Shown: positions 59,492 through 64,000 of the stretch, in pieces
Numbering within the stretch: the first letter of the stretch is position 1
How the letters are laid out: each line of letters begins with the position of its first letter
Virus record (IMG/VR): IMGVR_UViG_3300030202_003189
Location: 62,001-126,000 of that record
Direction: 5' to 3' (one strand)
Length of the DNA: 64,000 nt
Made by a program: the position numbers and the translations under genes
The notes under the pieces: model-generated
What the model was told of the DNA's origin: nothing
What the model saw: the letters and a program-made list of their open reading frames with translations, nothing else
Database searches by the model: none

Positions 59492-62400
59492 ATGGCAGAT
59501 CAGTCACCATTATCACCAGGAGTTTATGTATCAGAAAGAGAACTAAGCTTTAACGCACCAAGTATTGGTGCAACAACGTTGGCCACAGTTGGAGAAACCC
59601 TTAAGGGTCCAGCGCAACAACCAATATTCATTGAAGATTATAACGAATATAAAACATATTTTGGTGGGTTAGATACTACGGTTTTTTCTGGTAGTACTAG
59701 ATTAAAATACGGACAACAATATATTGCTAAGAATTGGTTGGCGGAATCAAACTCTATGTGGGCCGTACGTTCATTAGGATACTCTGGATATGATGCGGGA
59801 ACCGCTTGGAATATTTCATTAAACTACGTACCAACCACAAATAATGTGTTTAGATCATTTGGTGGGGGTGGTACTGACGGACACTATAACGGACTAACCC
59901 AAAGAGAATTAGGAGGAACAGGTATACCATATATGGCACCAGACGGTACAATAAGTGCAATGACACTATATAAACCAACTCAATACTCTTTCCCAAACAA
60001 TGCGGGAGCCACATCAGTACAGCCAGGTATGTATAGTGGAGGTACATGGGGATATAACGCAGATGCTGACGGAGGTTCGGCTATAAATGGTACACAATAT
60101 ACTAATGCAGGTGGAGGGGCCAACTTTGGTGCAAACTACCAATCAGCAATAGAGTTAGCTGTAATATTTTCTGCTACTACATATGGAGGGGCTGGTAAAT
60201 TAGTCGTAACAGGTAGTACAGGTGGGAATTCTTTTGCGGGACCATCATCAGAGGCAGCAGGACTTCCTTGGGTTTCAGAATTAACAACAACATCTTATCC
60301 TCTTTGTTTATTAAGTGCAACAACACTAGTAATAACTACGAACTCTTCAGTAGGGGGTGCTGATCCAACAGCATTTACCGCAGGAGGTTCTGAAGGATTT
60401 GAGAGTCCTAGAATAACAACAGGAAGTAACGCAACTACTTTCCCAACTATTCAGTGGAAACCAGCAATTTCAGTACATGATAATGGAGTTAACGCGTCTA
60501 ATGTATCACCAGCAAATATAATACACGCTGGAATGGGGTCAAGAGATGTCAATCCATTAGGTTATCCTGTAACAGGACACACTTTCCAACTAAATTGGAG
60601 GTACGGTAATTATATAGGTGCACATAGTGGAGGGACAACTGGATGGACAGCACAAACAACAGGGACCGTGTATACATGGTCGGCGGCAACTCAAGAAATG
60701 GTGGTCGGAACTCTAAGAAGTAGAGCAAAATATGCGGGTAATACTTATAGTACAAACACTGCGTATAATGGAGGTGCTTGGGGAGTCACAGACTACCAAT
60801 CTCCATCTTTTGGTAATAAGAGTGAATGTGATGGAACAGTTACTACGTGTCCTGAAAAACCATTTAGGACCATCAATACAACAAACTATAAAGAAGATTT
60901 TTATATATCTGGGTATACTAATGGTGCTTCTGTAAATTCACAATTCCTTTATAAGGTAAGTTTAGACCCTAACTCTCAGTGTTATATCACAAAAGTATTG
61001 GGTACAAAAAAACATAATAATTCTCGTCATTTATGGGTTGAAGACATTTATCCTAACACATTACTTAATTTAGCTTCTTCTGCTGTAACATTCTCAAACA
61101 TTAATCTAAATAAGGCAGACACATATAGAAATTATACAGAAACATGGCAACCATTAGGCGCTTTAGAAGGGCCAACAACTCCGTGGATTGTGTCTGAACT
61201 AATGGGTAGTACTCTACATAAGTTATTTAGAGTTATTTTAATACCAGATGGTAACGATGCAAATGAGTTGGTTAAAATATCTATACAAGATGTCGATGTC
61301 TTTACTAAAACTTTTACTCTTACTGTTAGAGAATTTAACGATAGCGATGCGTCCCAAAGAATATTAGAAGGATATACTAACTGTAGTATGAACCCAACAA
61401 GTCAAAACTACATTGGGAAGAAAATAGGAACGGAGAATGGGGAATACCCTGTTAGGTCACGATATATTATGTTGGAAATTGATGAAAACGCACCCATAAA
61501 CGCTCTTCCAAGCGGATTCCAAGGAATCGTCGTTAGAAGCTATAGTGGGTCAACTCATAGTAATGAAGTTTATCAAGACCCACCTGCACAAACAGAAATT
61601 GCAAATGATAGTGGATGGTATGGTAATGAATCACCAAAACCATTTTATAATTTAACTTATAATACAACATCTGACGATATTAAGAAAACTTACTTAGGGT
61701 GGTCCACTAAAAAAGGTATTGACCAAAATTATTTTAACTATAGAGGTCTTGAAACTCTAACAACTACGGCACCATATAAATGTGGTGCTAATGGAACATT
61801 ATGGACTGGAAGAACTAAAGGATTCCACTTTGATAAAAGAGTATCCGGATTAACAACAAGTGACGTACTTCAGTATGAGGTAGGGGCTTATAGTTTTTAC
61901 ACTAGTGGTAGTACAGGAACATTAGTAGGTGATAGTGGAAATTATTATCAAAATAAAGATTATTTGAAATTTACAGTTATTCCTTATGGTGGTTTTGATG
62001 GTTGGGATGAATATAGGATAACAAGAACAAATGCTGACACATATATAATAGGAGGGACAGACTACGGCACATTCTGGTATAATCAGAGTTTTACAACATC
62101 CACTTGTCAAGTAACTGATTATTATGCTTACTATGATGCCATGAGGAAACTAGCCAATCCAGAGGCGACACCAAGTAGCGTATTTACAACACCAGGTATA
62201 GATTATACAAATAATTTAACATTGGTTAATCGAGCAAAAGAAATGATAGAAAATGATAAAGGAGACTCGATTTATATTGTAACTTCAGATAACCCAAGAA
62301 ATCAAACAGTAGATGAAGCTGTAGATAATTTAGAAAACGCAGCATTAAATAGTAGTTATATGGCTACGTATTGGCCTTGGGTAAGGTATAACGATACTGA

Positions 62401-62974
62401 AAATAACGTAAGAATATATATTCCACCTACAGCTAATGTTGTTAGAAATTTAGCATTAACTGATAATGTATCATTCCCGTGGTTCGCAACAGCTGGTTAT
62501 AATAGAGGTAAACTGGATGTTGATAGGGCACAAACAAAACTAACTCAGATTAACAGAGACGACCTTTATGAGGCAAGAATAAACCCAATAGCCACATTTA
62601 ATGGTGCGGGGGTTATTATATGGGGAAATAAAACTTTACAAACAACACAATCAGCTTTAGATAGAATTAATGTAAGACGACTTATGTTAGACCTTAAAAC
62701 TAAAGTTAAAGATATAGGGTTACAATTATTATTTGAACAGAACGACGCTATTGTAAGACAACAATTCTTATCTTTAATTAATCCAGTTCTAGAAGAAGTA
62801 AGGGCAAATAGAGGATTAACAGATTTCAGGGTAGAACTAAATTCAGATGTTAACGAACTAGACACCAACTCTATGACAGGTAAAATATTTGTTAAACCAA
62901 CTAGAACACTTGAATTTATAGAAGTTGAGTTTAACATAACACCATCGAGTACATCATTCACTGACTTAACATAA
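59492..62974 (+). CDS. gp18: tail sheath protein 2, T4 gp18-like paralogue
   Basis: Same N- and C-terminal sheath motifs as sheath 1, with a longer distal insertion. Confidence 0.92.
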   Translation: MADQSPLSPGVYVSERELSFNAPSIGATTLATVGETLKGPAQQPIFIEDYNEYKTYFGGLDTTVFSGSTRLKYGQQYIAKNWLAESNSMWAVRSLGYSGYDAGTAWNISLNYVPTTNNVFRSFGGGGTDGHYNGLTQRELGGTGIPYMAPDGTISAMTLYKPTQYSFPNNAGATSVQPGMYSGGTWGYNADADGGSAINGTQYTNAGGGANFGANYQSAIELAVIFSATTYGGAGKLVVTGSTGGNSFAGPSSEAAGLPWVSELTTTSYPLCLLSATTLVITTNSSVGGADPTAFTAGGSEGFESPRITTGSNATTFPTIQWKPAISVHDNGVNASNVSPANIIHAGMGSRDVNPLGYPVTGHTFQLNWRYGNYIGAHSGGTTGWTAQTTGTVYTWSAATQEMVVGTLRSRAKYAGNTYSTNTAYNGGAWGVTDYQSPSFGNKSECDGTVTTCPEKPFRTINTTNYKEDFYISGYTNGASVNSQFLYKVSLDPNSQCYITKVLGTKKHNNSRHLWVEDIYPNTLLNLASSAVTFSNINLNKADTYRNYTETWQPLGALEGPTTPWIVSELMGSTLHKLFRVILIPDGNDANELVKISIQDVDVFTKTFTLTVREFNDSDASQRILEGYTNCSMNPTSQNYIGKKIGTENGEYPVRSRYIMLEIDENAPINALPSGFQGIVVRSYSGSTHSNEVYQDPPAQTEIANDSGWYGNESPKPFYNLTYNTTSDDIKKTYLGWSTKKGIDQNYFNYRGLETLTTTAPYKCGANGTLWTGRTKGFHFDKRVSGLTTSDVLQYEVGAYSFYTSGSTGTLVGDSGNYYQNKDYLKFTVIPYGGFDGWDEYRITRTNADTYIIGGTDYGTFWYNQSFTTSTCQVTDYYAYYDAMRKLANPEATPSSVFTTPGIDYTNNLTLVNRAKEMIENDKGDSIYIVTSDNPRNQTVDEAVDNLENAALNSSYMATYWPWVRYNDTENNVRIYIPPTANVVRNLALTDNVSFPWFATAGYNRGKLDVDRAQTKLTQINRDDLYEARINPIATFNGAGVIIWGNKTLQTTQSALDRINVRRLMLDLKTKVKDIGLQLLFEQNDAIVRQQFLSLINPVLEEVRANRGLTDFRVELNSDVNELDTNSMTGKIFVKPTRTLEFIEVEFNITPSSTSFTDLT

Positions 62975-62979
62975 TCACT

Positions 62980-63762
62980 ATGAGTAGAAAGTTATTATAT
63001 GAAATAACAATGAGAGCTTATAGTTTTGACTGGGATGATAATATTCTGCACATGCCAACCATGATTAACATGGAAAAAAGAATGGGTAATGGTTGGGAAT
63101 TGGTTAAATTAACAACTGGAGAATACGCGGAATTAAAAGATAATGAAGATTATAGATACCCAGAAGGGGACATTAGGAAAGCTTTTAGTGAGTTTGATGA
63201 CGACGAAGGATTTCTTAAGAATGTAGAAGACAGTCTAAGAAAAAAAGATTTTGCTCCAAGTTTTAACGACTTCAAAGAAGCAGTAATAAAGGCAAAACCA
63301 ATATCAATTATTACAGCGAGACCACAATCCCCAACAACTCTAAAGAAAGGAGTTTCAATGATAATTAATACTGATTTTAGTGATGAAGAAATCGATGAAA
63401 TGGTTAGAAATGTAGAAGAAAACTATGGATTTACTGGTGATTCAGATGAAATTATTGATAAATATATTGAATCAAACTACTATTACCCAGTTTCATTTAG
63501 GGATAGAAACGCCGATATTAAAAAAGGAAAGGGAGACGCTTTAGATAATTTTGTTGAAAATATTGTTAAATCTTTTGAAAAAATGGATAAAAAACTATAT
63601 AATAAAATGAGTGTTGGGTTTAGTGATGATGATGTAGACAACGTAGAAGAAATGATAAAAAAAGTAGAAAATGAAATGGCGGAAAAATATCCCGGAGTTA
63701 AATTTTTTATATATGATACCTCTGAAAGGGGTAAAAACAAATTAATAGTACATACAACTTAG
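62980..63762 (+). CDS. HAD-superfamily-like protein
   Basis: SFDWDDNI (DxD), IITAR, K, VGFSDDD. Confidence 0.65.
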   Translation: MSRKLLYEITMRAYSFDWDDNILHMPTMINMEKRMGNGWELVKLTTGEYAELKDNEDYRYPEGDIRKAFSEFDDDEGFLKNVEDSLRKKDFAPSFNDFKEAVIKAKPISIITARPQSPTTLKKGVSMIINTDFSDEEIDEMVRNVEENYGFTGDSDEIIDKYIESNYYYPVSFRDRNADIKKGKGDALDNFVENIVKSFEKMDKKLYNKMSVGFSDDDVDNVEEMIKKVENEMAEKYPGVKFFIYDTSERGKNKLIVHTT

Positions 63763-63781
63763 ATAATTTTATATTTAGTTA

Positions 63782-63789
63782 TATTTATA
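63782..63789 (+). promoter_or_regulatory. putative late promoter element TATTTATA (tail tube)
   Basis: 41 nt before ATG at 63831. Confidence 0.55.
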
Positions 63790-63830
63790 GTTGTATTCAA
63801 TATAATAATACAAATAAAAAAAAATAGAAA

Positions 63831-64000
63831 ATGGCAGACTTACTAATGAAAATGCCGGTTCCTTACGAACCAAAAAGAAAGAATCGGTTTATAATGAAAT
63901 TTCCTTCTGACTTAGGAATAGCAGAATGGATAGTATCTAGTGCGGCTAGACCATCAATAACAATTAACGAAGTTGAGATTCCATTTCTTAACACTAAAAC
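63831..64000 (+). CDS. tail tube protein (5' part, runs off the window)
   Basis: MADLLMKMPVPYEPKRKNRFIMKF...WIVSSAARPSITINEVEIPFLN; downstream of sheath. Confidence 0.75.
   Translation, partial: MADLLMKMPVPYEPKRKNRFIMKFPSDLGIAEWIVSSAARPSITINEVEIPFLNTK

Noticed and set aside
1502-63740. Many short ORFs in the track that are antisense or out of frame inside long genes (e.g. 16037-16507, 42281-42958, 62566-62961)
   Set aside because: They are shadows of well-supported genes, with no motifs or start context.
1-64000. Stop-codon reassignment, inteins or introns, tRNA and rRNA genes
   Set aside because: Standard-code ORFs tile the window, TAG acts as a stop, core proteins have normal lengths without splicing motifs, and spacers are short and AT-rich with no cloverleaf seen by eye.

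Overview
A 64-kb, AT-rich, densely coding segment of a large T4-like myovirus (jumbo-phage gene content, standard genetic code), probably infecting a Bacteroidota host (no Shine-Dalgarno sequences, A-rich start contexts, a TAnnTTTG element before the DNA polymerase). Layout: (1) + strand head module with the probable terminase tail, portal, holin-like genes, prohead protease, a family of Cys-rich proteins with protease-type leaders, scaffold and major capsid protein; (2) a 25-kb - strand block with cysK, baseplate and structural genes, a gp55-like late sigma factor, PhoH, dUTPase, an exonuclease, six soluble glycosyltransferases and a near-complete Wbp-type pathway (WbpB/E/D/I/G plus HisH2/HisF2) for a 2,3-diamino-uronic acid sugar, with no flippase, polymerase or lipid-linked step; (3) a mainly + strand block with large structural and fibre proteins, family B DNA polymerase, a WYL protein, neck proteins, an SNF2 helicase, two tandem tail sheath paralogues and the start of the tail tube. 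The best candidate for a new system is phage-encoded virion glycosylation: the rare-sugar cassette together with a recurrent [S/T]-[G/A]-x-[T/S] motif concentrated in exposed virion proteins. A second candidate is a capsid-cargo system of Cys-rich proteins sharing a cleavable leader. A sense-oriented TATTTAT(A) element, the reverse complement of the T4 late promoter, precedes nearly all structural transcription units. All calls come from reading motifs by eye; no searches were run.
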